From Candidatus Nomurabacteria bacterium GW2011_GWE2_34_25 (GTDB lineage Bacteria > Patescibacteriota > Minisyncoccia > Phycocordibacterales > UBA9973), in assembly GCA_000990325.1 (NCBI GenBank), contig LBPS01000001.1:1-57543 (forward strand): 57,543 nucleotides of DNA. The letters run 5' to 3'. A program made the translations under genes and the position numbers. This document shows positions 17,883 through 27,494 of this stretch, piece by piece (position 1 is the first letter of the stretch; each line of letters opens with the position of its first letter). The notes beneath the pieces are model-generated. The model saw only the letters and a list, made by a program, of their open reading frames with translations. It did no database searches and was not told the origin of the DNA.

Positions 17883-18051
17883 CTATGTTTACCTGTATTT
17901 TACCATGATATCGTTTTGGATAGTCATTATTTGCTTCTATATCAATATTTTACTTTTTATCATATTTTTGATACTATACTTGGGTGAGTTTAGGTGTTTA
18001 GGGGGTACTTTAATAAAAGGTAAATAGTTAGATAACTGCACTCAATCTTGT

Positions 18052-18174
18052 TCCGTGGTAGCAGAGCGGTGGAGTGAGAACTGGGAAGGGACCCAGTTTG
18101 CAAGACTTTGAACGCTTTGTAATCAAAGTGTGAAAAGTGTACAGTCCCTGTAAGGGAATCGCCTGTAAGGTGAT
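18052..18174 (+). pseudogene. Degenerate partial copy of tRNA-Asn (5' acceptor/D-arm and anticodon-arm-like segments split by ~80 nt, no T-arm)
   Basis: tccgtggtagcagagcggtggag versus tRNA tccgtggtagctcagcggtagag. atcgcctgtaaggtgat versus tRNA anticodon arm atcgcctgttaagcgat. Confidence 0.35.
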
Positions 18175-18228
18175 CGCAAGTGAATAAACAATATAGTATG
18201 TATTAAGTTCCGCAATAAATAAACACAT

Positions 18229-18300
18229 TCCGTGGTAGCTCAGCGGTAGAGCGATCGCCTGTTAAGCGATTGGTCGTAGGTTCGATCCCTACCCACGGAG
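18229..18300 (+). tRNA. tRNA-Asn (anticodon GTT)
   Basis: Full cloverleaf drawn by hand: acceptor TCCGTGG/CCACGGA, D stem GCTC/GAGC, anticodon stem ATCGC/GCGAT with loop CTGTTAA, T stem GTAGG/CCTAC with loop TTCGATC. No encoded CCA. Confidence 0.92.
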
Positions 18301-19968
18301 CAAGATAGGACAAACGTCCCCAAAAACCTCATTTCGTTCTGAAGTATCAATGATATTTTCAGGTTCGAACTGAGGATTTTTTGTTCTTGCTTCATTTAGT
18401 CCATCAATGAGTTTCTGTATTGGTTCTACGTTGATAATATTAAGTATTTTCTCATTCCATACTAGGTTCGAACCAAGTTTGGTAAACATAGCTCTTTTGT
18501 CTTTTGTTAAACCATTTTTAATGATTTCAGATATTTCTGTTGTTAAATCAACCATATCATTAGCAATTTTATACCAATCACGATTTTTATTTTTAGGATT
18601 ATTTAATTCTAAAAGTTCTTTGTCTATTCCATCTATATCAGCTTTATAATCTGAAGCATTAATTTGACCATCAGCGAGCATTTGACGATACCTTCTTTTA
18701 CGTTCTTCTAATTGTTCTATCAATGGAGTTCTACTTGCAGATTCAATTAAATCGGTCTGAATCTCTTTGTCTTTAATTTCACTTATGTTACGTTTACACC
18801 ATTCAGCTAGAGATTGTGACATAACTAAGTTTTTCTCGGTGTATGAACGAAAATATGTCGTTATTTTTCCTTCCTCAATATACTTAACAGATTCTCTCTT
18901 TTTTCTCTTAGGTACATTGTAATAGTAAGAATAATTAAGATATTTAGGATTCTTGATTTTATTTATTGCTATTCCACATTTAGGACAATTAGTTTTGTTT
19001 TGACTAGCAAATTTATATTTACATTGGCATATTACTTGTAGCTTAATATCTGCTCCTATAAACTCACCAAATGGAGATTTTATAAAACCAGAATAAGTAG
19101 ATTCGTGGGTCTGTGTTTTAGGTAGTGTTCTACTGGATAACATTCTTAGTATTTTAAAATGGTCATCCTCAGTTATTATTCTAGGTAAGTCTTTTGAGAG
19201 TTCATATTTTGTATTTTGTTGATAAAATACTCCAGCATATATTGAGTCTTTAAGAATTGTATAAACTCTTGAGTAAGTAATTAAATTACCACCACTTCTT
19301 TTGTGTTTAGGTGTAGTTAGTTTAGCTGAATTTATAGCCCAGTCATAAATTTGTGTTCCAGAATAATTTCCTGACAGGAACATATTAAGCATCTCTTTAA
19401 TTATTGGTAGTCTTATTTCATCCACCATCCATTTGCGATTTCCTTTTTCTTCTGTTTTATCATTTAAGAAACCAAGAGTAGCAAGTCCGTGAGGATACCC
19501 CATAGATGCTTTTTTGGTTTGCCCACGTTTAACATTTACTGATAGTTCTTTTACAAATTGTTTTCCTTGGCTGAATTCAACTGACAAAACAATAACATTA
19601 TCCCAAGGATAAAATACTTTATCGTGTGTAATTATTGCCTTAATTTTTCCTGAACTTAGAAGGTCAATTATCTGTCCTCCTTCCGTCATATTTCTAGCTA
19701 GTCTGTCTGCTTTCCAGCAAACAATTGCATCTATCTCTCCCTTATCTATCATCTTCATCATTCTAGAAAACTCTGGTCTTACTCCTTCTGCTTTGGCTGA
19801 TTTTGATTCTTTAAATACTCCCACAAATGGTGAGAGTTTATAAAACTCTGCTATTCTTTTTGCTTCATCTGTCTGAGAATCAATAGAAAGCATCTGTCTA
19901 TCTTCATCTTCAGTAGATTTTCGATTATAATTTCCGATTTTTAATTTTGTAAAATCTATTGGGTTCAT
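18289..19968 (-). CDS. Large serine recombinase (integrase)
   Basis: 559 aa. N-terminal resolvase catalytic region YNRKSTEDEDRQMLSIDSQ. Recombinase domain. Zn-ribbon CQCKY..CPKCG. C-terminal coiled coil. Its last 12 nt overlap the 3' end of tRNA-Asn on the opposite strand. Confidence 0.88.
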   Translation of the reverse strand: MNPIDFTKLKIGNYNRKSTEDEDRQMLSIDSQTDEAKRIAEFYKLSPFVGVFKESKSAKAEGVRPEFSRMMKMIDKGEIDAIVCWKADRLARNMTEGGQIIDLLSSGKIKAIITHDKVFYPWDNVIVLSVEFSQGKQFVKELSVNVKRGQTKKASMGYPHGLATLGFLNDKTEEKGNRKWMVDEIRLPIIKEMLNMFLSGNYSGTQIYDWAINSAKLTTPKHKRSGGNLITYSRVYTILKDSIYAGVFYQQNTKYELSKDLPRIITEDDHFKILRMLSSRTLPKTQTHESTYSGFIKSPFGEFIGADIKLQVICQCKYKFASQNKTNCPKCGIAINKIKNPKYLNYSYYYNVPKRKKRESVKYIEEGKITTYFRSYTEKNLVMSQSLAEWCKRNISEIKDKEIQTDLIESASRTPLIEQLEERKRRYRQMLADGQINASDYKADIDGIDKELLELNNPKNKNRDWYKIANDMVDLTTEISEIIKNGLTKDKRAMFTKLGSNLVWNEKILNIINVEPIQKLIDGLNEARTKNPQFEPENIIDTSERNEVFGDVCPILLRG

Positions 19969-20000
19969 AAATAAAAATGAGGCAACAACATTATTTAATC

Positions 20001-20075
20001 GCCAGACTAAATGGTTGTTACCTCGTTTTTATCCACAAACCCTAATTGGGCTTATAGATTATCATTTAGTCTGGC
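20001..20075. promoter_or_regulatory. Perfect 13-bp inverted repeat upstream of the recombinase gene (operator or att-related site)
   Basis: gccagactaaatg (20001-20013) and catttagtctggc (20063-20075), 33-107 nt upstream of the recombinase ATG. Confidence 0.4.
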
Positions 20076-20531
20076 ACTTGTATTATAACACTTATTTTAA
20101 ATTTTAGATACAATTCACCCCTTTTACCTCTGATTCCTAGTTCGGTAATGGTTGTAATTTTATTTATTAATATCTTTTACAAACAAATGTAATTACCTCT
20201 GGAATTCATTCTTTGTAATCAATAATTAGGCTCAAATCAGATGGCACGGACAGAGGGGTCAACTGTTTTCCCGTGCTTTCGCATCTGAGTCCAATTAATT
20301 GGTTAAGTTTACAGGAGTGGTTTATACAGCGAACCCCTAAAGCTGTTTTAGATATTAAATTTTTAAAACACTTCTTCTCTTTAACCCTTGTCTATAAACT
20401 TCAAGTAGAAAACTGCCTATATGATTTAAATCATCATCACTCATCTTGTCTGAACTGTTTGAGCCAATTTCTAATTTTAAAGTTTCCCTAAGGTCTTTTA
20501 TCGCACTTGAGCTTATCTCCATCTTTTCTTT

Positions 20532-20786
20532 TTAAATGCTTCCTGAGTGAAATTTAGTGCAAAATTCGCCTTCCTCAGATGACTTACTAAGATTCTCTAG
20601 ATAACCAATTAGTTCCTTTTTCTCATTCTTTGCATATTCACTTTCTGGCATTAATTTACTGAATGCTTTTACTAGATATTTTCTAGAAAACTCTTTACCT
20701 TCAATTGCTTTAGCCAAACAGGGATATGTCCCAAGATTGGGATTGTGAGATTGAATTTTTTTATAACTTCTTTCTATGCTTCGCAT
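20532..20786 (-). CDS. Hypothetical small protein
   Basis: 84-aa ORF, lysine/glutamate rich, no motif recognised. Confidence 0.4.
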   Translation of the reverse strand: MRSIERSYKKIQSHNPNLGTYPCLAKAIEGKEFSRKYLVKAFSKLMPESEYAKNEKKELIGYLENLSKSSEEGEFCTKFHSGSI

Positions 20787-21518
20787 TTTATTAACACTAA
20801 CTTTTAAGAAAACAAAAAATCCTCTTATGGCTATGCAGGTTCACTGGTGGTGCGACCCACAAAGCCAAAAAAGGACTTTGTGTATTTTTACCAGTGATTT
20901 AAGCAAAGATATTTTTAGAATGTTTTTGAATACAAAATAAAAACACCTAACAAAGGTGTTTATTTTCGTTCTAAAACTAGACTAAAATAACAAAACACCA
21001 TAAGCATTTTTGTTATCTCGGTCTAATCTCGCACAATTAGTTGACGTCTGAATCCATCGATTTTTAAGAGGTTGATTTCCTCAACGTAACTAGCTAATTT
21101 CGCAATCTTATCCAAAATGTTATTTAGTTGAACCAGTTTATAGCTTTATTTAAACTGCACGCTACGCAGTAGTTGTGGCTAAATTTATTACAAGTAAGGA
21201 ACATCTACCCTATAGTATAGCATACATTTAAAAATCGATTTCACCCTTGTAAAATAATGATATTTTAAATAATGGAAAAACAGTAAAATCACCTATTTTT
21301 TTGAGAAATTTAATAAAGAATTGCTTTTATTTTATTATTCTCATATACTTGAATTACAACTGAATAGTGATGTATCAAGAGTGGCAATTAGAGATTTGGC
21401 TCAATGACTTGCCCAGCAACCAGTCGAAAGACAACGGTGCTTCCAATCCCGAATGGGAAAGATGCAATAGTCGTGTAAACATTTTTCCTCAATTATTATT
21501 GTAGGAATTTTTTATTTT

Positions 21519-21962
21519 ATGCAAATATGTAAAACATCAGACGAAATACATTCAGAAAATTATCCCTACTTAGTTATTAAGATTAAGGATGGTATCTATA
21601 TGCCAATGTATACAGACAAAGAATTAACAACATCAGAACTTATGATTGTCGGCTTAGAGATTTATGAGAAAAATAAATTAGAAAGCTGTATTGTATCTTC
21701 AAACGACTGTTCGTTCTATGTTAAATCTCATAATTATGTTGAGACTAAAAAAGAATGTCCAACAGGTGGAGTTTTAATTACTAATTCTGATTTTAAAGAG
21801 AAGATTGTCTATGAACACACAAATGAAGATATTAAGAAAATTAGAATAGCCATATCTCATAAATGGATATGGCAGAAGATGAATCAAGATGAAAAGGCTT
21901 TCTGCGTTAAGAGGTTTGTTTTCAATAATGGCACATATTACCCAGATTCAGAATATGGTTAA
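21519..21962 (+). CDS. Hypothetical protein
   Basis: 147-aa ORF after a ~730-nt non-coding spacer. No motif recognised. Confidence 0.5.
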   Translation: MQICKTSDEIHSENYPYLVIKIKDGIYMPMYTDKELTTSELMIVGLEIYEKNKLESCIVSSNDCSFYVKSHNYVETKKECPTGGVLITNSDFKEKIVYEHTNEDIKKIRIAISHKWIWQKMNQDEKAFCVKRFVFNNGTYYPDSEYG

Positions 21963-22174
21963 CAAAAAGCCTGAATATTGTTATAGTATACTTACAAATA
22001 AATAGTAGACCTAACCTTTAGAGATTCTCTCTAGAGTATGGTCAAAACCCCGTGAAGAATAAAGAACTCTTAGTCAGAGTTTTGCCTTCACGGGTCATAC
22101 TTGGAAACGAGTATGGGTGGCTTAAAAACCATCAATCTGGCTAGGAGCTTTTTGCGTTTTAGCCGACAAAATAT

Positions 22175-22423
22175 ATGAAAAAAGAAATAATAAATCAATT
22201 AATAATACTAGTTCTTGGATTCTTCTTAATTTTTACTATAAGAGAATTTCTGAAAGACAAAATTATAGTAGAAGCAATTCGTGTTCAATCGGAGACAATG
22301 ACAGCTAGAGCTAGCTGTTTTACTAATGCTGAAGATAAGGGTCTGAATAACACTTATTGTGATGCAATAGATACAACAGTTTTTAGGCTTTTACCAAGCA
22401 AATATCAACCACTATCTTACTAA
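22175..22423 (+). CDS. Small membrane-anchored protein
   Basis: 82 aa. N-terminal TM LIILVLGFFLIFTI. 4-nt gap to the next ORF suggests an operon. Confidence 0.5.
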   Translation: MKKEIINQLIILVLGFFLIFTIREFLKDKIIVEAIRVQSETMTARASCFTNAEDKGLNNTYCDAIDTTVFRLLPSKYQPLSY

Positions 22424-22427
22424 ATTT

Positions 22428-23090
22428 ATGAAAACTAAAAAATATATTTTAATTCTATTATTAATAACTTTTATCATTCCATCTATTACATCTGCTTCTT
22501 GGTGGAACCCATTGAGCTGGTCAAAAAATCCTAAACAAAGTATTGATGTAGTTGAATCAAATTCAGTTCAATTAACCGATGAATCTGTCTCAATACCTGA
22601 AACTAAACCCAAAGAAGTTATTAAACCTAAAGTTGTTGAAAAAATAGTAGAAAAACCAATAGTTAAAACAATAACAGTGCAAGACCCAGCACTTCAGATT
22701 AAAATAAATACACTTATAACAGAAAACGAATCTTTAAAAGCTCAGGTAATTAAACTTCTTGAATCTAATAAATCACTTAATAGTGAATTATTATCTTGTG
22801 AAGACAAACCTACTTCTACTTTTTCTGCTGATGACCAATGTGATTATGCAAAAGAATCTTTGGCTTCCTTTAATAGACAAATCCAAGAAATTACTCTTGA
22901 AAGAAGTAAGGAATTGGAGAGAATAAAAACAAATCCAACTGAGGCAGAAAGTAAATATAGAGATATCTATAATCGTTCGGGGTTAGCTTCAATGATTGGG
23001 AGTTTCAAGGCAGGAACAAGTTATGAACTTAAACCACTTGTTAAGGGTAGAGATTCTGCTCAATCAGCAATTGCTTTATATTGTAATTAA
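22428..23090 (+). CDS. Secreted coiled-coil protein
   Basis: 220 aa. Signal peptide ILILLLITFIIPSITSASW. KP/KV-rich linker and heptad-like region. Confidence 0.55.
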   Translation: MKTKKYILILLLITFIIPSITSASWWNPLSWSKNPKQSIDVVESNSVQLTDESVSIPETKPKEVIKPKVVEKIVEKPIVKTITVQDPALQIKINTLITENESLKAQVIKLLESNKSLNSELLSCEDKPTSTFSADDQCDYAKESLASFNRQIQEITLERSKELERIKTNPTEAESKYRDIYNRSGLASMIGSFKAGTSYELKPLVKGRDSAQSAIALYCN

Positions 23091-23131
23091 GATTTAAACT
23101 ATCTCCCAAAAGAATAAATTGATATAATAAA

Positions 23132-23467
23132 TTGATGGACGATATAGACAGAAAAATCCTAAATTATCTAACAGAAAAGGACTGGGCATCAGAATCAGCA
23201 GTTATTAACGAAACCTTCAATGGTTTTGGTATATCCAAAGAGCAATATATTGAAAGATTAAAAGTCCTTCAAGGTAAAGACCTAGTTCGTTACGAACGTC
23301 CATATAGGAATGGTGCGTTTGTTCGAATTACTGAAGAAGGAAGAAAGAAACTAAAACCATTTTTAAATAGAACTTTAAATTACTTTAAAAGTCATATTCT
23401 AGAGATATTAACACTATTGATTACAGCCACATCTCTTGTTTTAGGAATTTGGAAAATATTAGATTAA
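23132..23467 (+). CDS. Winged-helix (MarR/Lrp-like) DNA-binding protein with C-terminal TM anchor
   Basis: 111 aa. DRKILNYLTEK...LVRYERP...VRITEEGRKKL pattern of a wHTH. C-terminal hydrophobic helix ILTLLITATSLVLGIW. Confidence 0.5.
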   Translation: MMDDIDRKILNYLTEKDWASESAVINETFNGFGISKEQYIERLKVLQGKDLVRYERPYRNGAFVRITEEGRKKLKPFLNRTLNYFKSHILEILTLLITATSLVLGIWKILD

Positions 23468-23502
23468 TTATTTTCTTTCAATTTTTATCATTCTATAACT
23501 TA

Positions 23503-23579
23503 AAATCTTAGCAGAATCTTAGCATCCCAAAGTCTAAAACCTTGACTGAATCTTGATAAATCTCATCAGAATCTCCTCA
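23503..23579 (+). repeat. Five iteron-like ~11-nt direct repeats (RAATCTYNNCA) in two phased clusters
   Basis: aaatcttagca (23503), gaatcttagca (23514), gaatcttgat (23548), aaatctcatca (23558), gaatctcctca (23569). They lie between the wHTH gene and the 767-aa gene. Confidence 0.6.
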
Positions 23580-23761
23580 TTCATTTTCTAATTTACCCTT
23601 ATTCATCTATAGTTTGTATTTTGGGAGTATGATGAGGTATGAACCTTATAATTCATTTTTAAAAAATATAGATATTTTGTGAAATTTTTGATTATAATAA
23701 GGTGATGAAAACCAAAATCATATAGTGTTACTAAATATTTTGTGTTATAGTAAAAAATAAT

Positions 23762-26065
23762 ATGGCTATTACTAGTGTTGTAACTAAATACAAACCTCTC
23801 AAAATAGGATTTTTGGTTCGAGAGGGAGAGTTGGATGATATCCTTGAGGTTGCAAGGATTAATTCCTTTCTGGTTGGAGGAACTCATAATCTTATTATAC
23901 CAATAAATGAAAGCAATAATGAAGAAATTATCAAAATAATAGTAAACTCAGACATAGACATTTTACATCCAATTATCACAACGCCTGCGTTAAGTGAAAT
24001 ATTAAAAAATCTTCCTTATTTTAAGACTCCCCATAATTTTTCAGATGAGATGTGGGAAGAAGATTGGCGTGCTGATAAAAAGAATGAATTTATATACCTT
24101 GATGTATTTCATACAATCAAGCTAAAGAATGAAAAATATTTTCGTGGAACCCCAAAAAAAGAAAAAAGTAATGTAGCATATATAAGTTGGGAGGATGAAG
24201 ATATACTGAAAAATTGGCTTCTCTTATCCTTTGGAACATTTAAGTCGAATTATAATTTAAAAAAATTATTCGAAAAAGGGTTCGTGAATGGTTTAAGAGC
24301 AATTGATGTCAAAATTCTCCCGCAGGGGAAAATACCACAAATTATTTCCAAGAAAATAACGCCAAGAGTTTTCTCCACTATTGATTTAAAAAGTTATGGA
24401 AATATTGGTCTCAATGCTGGTATTTACATAGGAGATGAGAATAATTTTGATGACCTTGCAACTTTCTGGAATTTAAGAGCAATTGGAACTAGATTAATAT
24501 TTTGTCCAATTTTAAACTATGAAAGAGCGAAAGATTACCTTCAAGCTGAAATAACAGCTATGACACAAGGAGATGATGACACTATTTTTAATGCTAGTAT
24601 TTATTACTTATCAAGTAGGAATAAAGAAGAAATTGAACCTTTTGAAAAATTATTTACTGTAGCCAGACCTTTAATGTTAAGACCCATTTCAAAAGACACT
24701 ATTTTTAGCTATTTTGACGACCTTCCGATAGATTATCTAAATTGGGAATTTTCACAAACTATAGTAGAAAATGAGAACGGTGGGATTATAACTACCGTTA
24801 ACTTACCTAAAAAGAAATTCATATTTGATGACTCTGATGATATTCATATTCAAAAACAATCGTTTGGGGTATTCATAGATGAACTTGGCAAAATTGACTC
24901 AAGTTATTTTTTGAACCCTCCAAATATTAAATCTTTGAATGAATTTTATAGCAGGGAGATGTGTTTTGACCCGTGGAAAATTCGCGTTGGAAAAGAAGGT
25001 GTAACAGCGATAATTGACACAGAAGAGAAATATATAAAATTGAGACCCCTAGAACAAGGACTTATAATTCAAAAATTATTTGAAGACCTTGGAGTTTATA
25101 ATAAGTTAAGTCAGGCAGGGTTACTTTCCCAAAAAATTATAAATAAACTATCTTCAATAGAGGGTGCTCGAGTTTTCAAAATCGGTGGAGTTCGAGAACT
25201 ATTTGAAAGATTATCATCAACAACTTCTCTGCCGAACTCGACAATATTAGATATTATTAAGCAAAAAAATAATGGAGTAGATGGATTTGAAAAGCATAAA
25301 AATCTTTTTATAGAGTCTAGAGAAGAAAAACAGCTGAAACCAAGAATGGTTTTTGATTTTTTATTAAAGATGGGATTCTTGAGAGCAGGTCTTGAGTTGT
25401 ATTGTAAAAGCTGTAATCTGAAAAATTGGCTTAATTTAAAAGCAATTGATGATAATTGGGAATGCGAATACTGTGGTAATAAAAACTTAACATCTATCGA
25501 CCTTACCAATAGAGGTGACTGGAGATTTAGAAAAAGTGGGTTATTTGCAAAAGATAACAATCAAGAAGGTTCTATACCCGTAATTTTAACACTTCTTTAC
25601 TTTCAAAGAATTATCTCAGGCAGTTTTTTGTCATCGCCGTCACTAAAGTTAAACTTTGATAAAAAGGAGGTGGAAATAGATTTTTGCATTGTTCAATATA
25701 AACAACATCAAGGTAATAAAATTGAGGTGGCTATAGGAGAATGTAAAAGTGCAGGCGGGGTAATAACACAAGGAGACTGTGATAATTTAAAAAATGTTGC
25801 CAATAAGTTGCGGGAGAAGGGTTATGACGTTTATATAATATTTTCAAAAACCGCAGACAGATTTTTGCTTGAAGAAATAGAGTTATTTAAAAAACTTAAT
25901 GTTGAAAAATATAAATTGATTATTCTTACTAATAAAGAAATTGAACCTTATCATCCTTACTGGGAAGCTGATGACAAAGAAAAATTACCAACCAAATCAG
26001 TTATTAGCTTACAGGATGCATATAAAAATAGTTTTTATAGATACCTGCGAGATTTAAAGGAGTAA
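23762..26065 (+). CDS. Large hypothetical protein with C-terminal Zn-ribbon and PD-(D/E)xK-like nuclease module
   Basis: 767 aa. CKSCN-x17-CEYCG zinc ribbon, then EIDFCIV...KIEVAIGECKS (D...ExK spacing typical of the restriction-endonuclease fold). N-terminal ~540 aa not recognised. Confidence 0.6.
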   Translation: MAITSVVTKYKPLKIGFLVREGELDDILEVARINSFLVGGTHNLIIPINESNNEEIIKIIVNSDIDILHPIITTPALSEILKNLPYFKTPHNFSDEMWEEDWRADKKNEFIYLDVFHTIKLKNEKYFRGTPKKEKSNVAYISWEDEDILKNWLLLSFGTFKSNYNLKKLFEKGFVNGLRAIDVKILPQGKIPQIISKKITPRVFSTIDLKSYGNIGLNAGIYIGDENNFDDLATFWNLRAIGTRLIFCPILNYERAKDYLQAEITAMTQGDDDTIFNASIYYLSSRNKEEIEPFEKLFTVARPLMLRPISKDTIFSYFDDLPIDYLNWEFSQTIVENENGGIITTVNLPKKKFIFDDSDDIHIQKQSFGVFIDELGKIDSSYFLNPPNIKSLNEFYSREMCFDPWKIRVGKEGVTAIIDTEEKYIKLRPLEQGLIIQKLFEDLGVYNKLSQAGLLSQKIINKLSSIEGARVFKIGGVRELFERLSSTTSLPNSTILDIIKQKNNGVDGFEKHKNLFIESREEKQLKPRMVFDFLLKMGFLRAGLELYCKSCNLKNWLNLKAIDDNWECEYCGNKNLTSIDLTNRGDWRFRKSGLFAKDNNQEGSIPVILTLLYFQRIISGSFLSSPSLKLNFDKKEVEIDFCIVQYKQHQGNKIEVAIGECKSAGGVITQGDCDNLKNVANKLREKGYDVYIIFSKTADRFLLEEIELFKKLNVEKYKLIILTNKEIEPYHPYWEADDKEKLPTKSVISLQDAYKNSFYRYLRDLKE

Positions 26066-26138
26066 TCTAAGAATCTCCATTCAACTGAAATTCCATAATA
26101 TAATATATAAATTAAGAAATAAATAGCAGTTTTGTTAT

Positions 26139-27494
26139 TTATTTTTTTGATTTTACTTTAGATATTTTTTTATTTATCTTTTTCATTATTCTATTGAAAT
26201 TAATTTGCTGTTTAGAATGAGAAATATTTATTTTTTTATAAGCTCTTTTTGCGTAACTTACATAATTTTGTTTACCAAAACTAGAAAATCTTTCATAAAT
26301 TTTCCTTTTAAAGATTGGTATCTTTAATTCCTTAGCTTCCTCAACTTTTTTATATATAAATTTAGTCATCTTGCGTTCAAACTTAGCATAGCCTTTATGT
26401 CTTAGGTATGTATCATCACTACTCAAAACTATACCTAAATAATTTAATCTTGAATTCTTGTCATCTTCGTCTATGCAAATAAACTTATTGTCATTATTTT
26501 TAAAAAGTCTTTTTTCTGTTTTTGAATCTTGAATTTTCAGTTTTAACCCTTGAATAGTTTCTTTGGCAAAGCTCTCAATCTCAGCTAATTTATTTTGTGG
26601 GCAAATAATTATAATATCATCTGAGTATCTTCTATATAGACCACCTAAATTATTAATTTTGTTTAAAATTGCCTTATCAGAAGGCAACATATATAAATTT
26701 GCCAATACACAACTTATTGGAGTTCCCTGTGGTATTCCTTTAGCTTTATTTTTCTTTATTTTTTTATTGTCTCTTAAAAAATCTAGTGTTTTACTATTTA
26801 AAATAAATTTTTTATTTGGATAGATTTCTGCTATAGATTTTTTTAACTTGATAATTTCTCTTCTTCTTATATAAGAATATCTAGTTATGGACTTAAAAAC
26901 GTTAAAATGGTCATCTGGGAGAGATTTTACACCTAGATTATTTTTCCAACTATTTTTTAATATATCAAAATCTAAATTATCATAAAATCCTTCTATGTCT
27001 AGGGATAAAGAAGCACACTCCTTCTTCTTTTTTACAAAACCAAAAACCTCTAATGCAAAATCAATGTTTGATTTACCTAGTTTTCGATAAGCAATTACAT
27101 TATCATCTAACCCGCAATCTTTAATTTGTTTTTCGTAAAAAAATTCTAACTGATAGGTATACCAAGAGTATATTAAACTATCATAATGGGAGGGGTAGCT
27201 TATTGGTCTATCTTTCCATACAATCTTTTTTATATTTGTTTTAGGGTCTTTTTTATAAATACGATTACCTATGGGAGATTTAAATAGTGGATAAAAGGAG
27301 TGAGATTTTATTAATTCTGGATTAGTAATTTCATTTGCAATTTCTTCTGTTATTTTTACGATTGGCTTATCAAAATGCAAATAGCGTCGAGGTCGACGCT
27401 TTTGTATCAACTCATTTTGTTTTAAAATCCAACTATCTTTGAGTTGATTAAGTATAATTGGTTCCATAAGACACACACCCCACCTATCAGACAC
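26139..27494 (-). CDS. Stand-alone reverse transcriptase (defence-type/unknown-group RT; no fused effector domain recognised)
   Basis: RT motifs in order: RPISYPSHYDSLIYS, LSLDIEGFYDNLDFDIL, GIPQGTPISCVLANLYM, YRRYSDDIIII (YxDD), LKLKIQDSKTE, LNYLGIVL. K-rich helical C-terminus. The more likely start is ATG at 27467 (MEPIILNQL). Confidence 0.85.
   Translation of the reverse strand: MSDRWGVCLMEPIILNQLKDSWILKQNELIQKRRPRRYLHFDKPIVKITEEIANEITNPELIKSHSFYPLFKSPIGNRIYKKDPKTNIKKIVWKDRPISYPSHYDSLIYSWYTYQLEFFYEKQIKDCGLDDNVIAYRKLGKSNIDFALEVFGFVKKKKECASLSLDIEGFYDNLDFDILKNSWKNNLGVKSLPDDHFNVFKSITRYSYIRRREIIKLKKSIAEIYPNKKFILNSKTLDFLRDNKKIKKNKAKGIPQGTPISCVLANLYMLPSDKAILNKINNLGGLYRRYSDDIIIICPQNKLAEIESFAKETIQGLKLKIQDSKTEKRLFKNNDNKFICIDEDDKNSRLNYLGIVLSSDDTYLRHKGYAKFERKMTKFIYKKVEEAKELKIPIFKRKIYERFSSFGKQNYVSYAKRAYKKINISHSKQQINFNRIMKKINKKISKVKSKK

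Noticed and set aside
17782-18027. 81-aa + strand ORF
   Set aside because: It overlaps the minus-strand tRNA-like element and runs through very AT-rich low-complexity sequence. No motif supports it.
20273-20491. 72-aa + strand ORF in the island spacer
   Set aside because: No promoter or start context and no motif. It is likely chance, but the region is flagged as non-coding of interest.
23603-23887. 94-aa minus-strand ORF overlapping the start of the 767-aa gene
   Set aside because: AT-rich low-complexity translation. It overlaps a much longer ORF and its promoter region.
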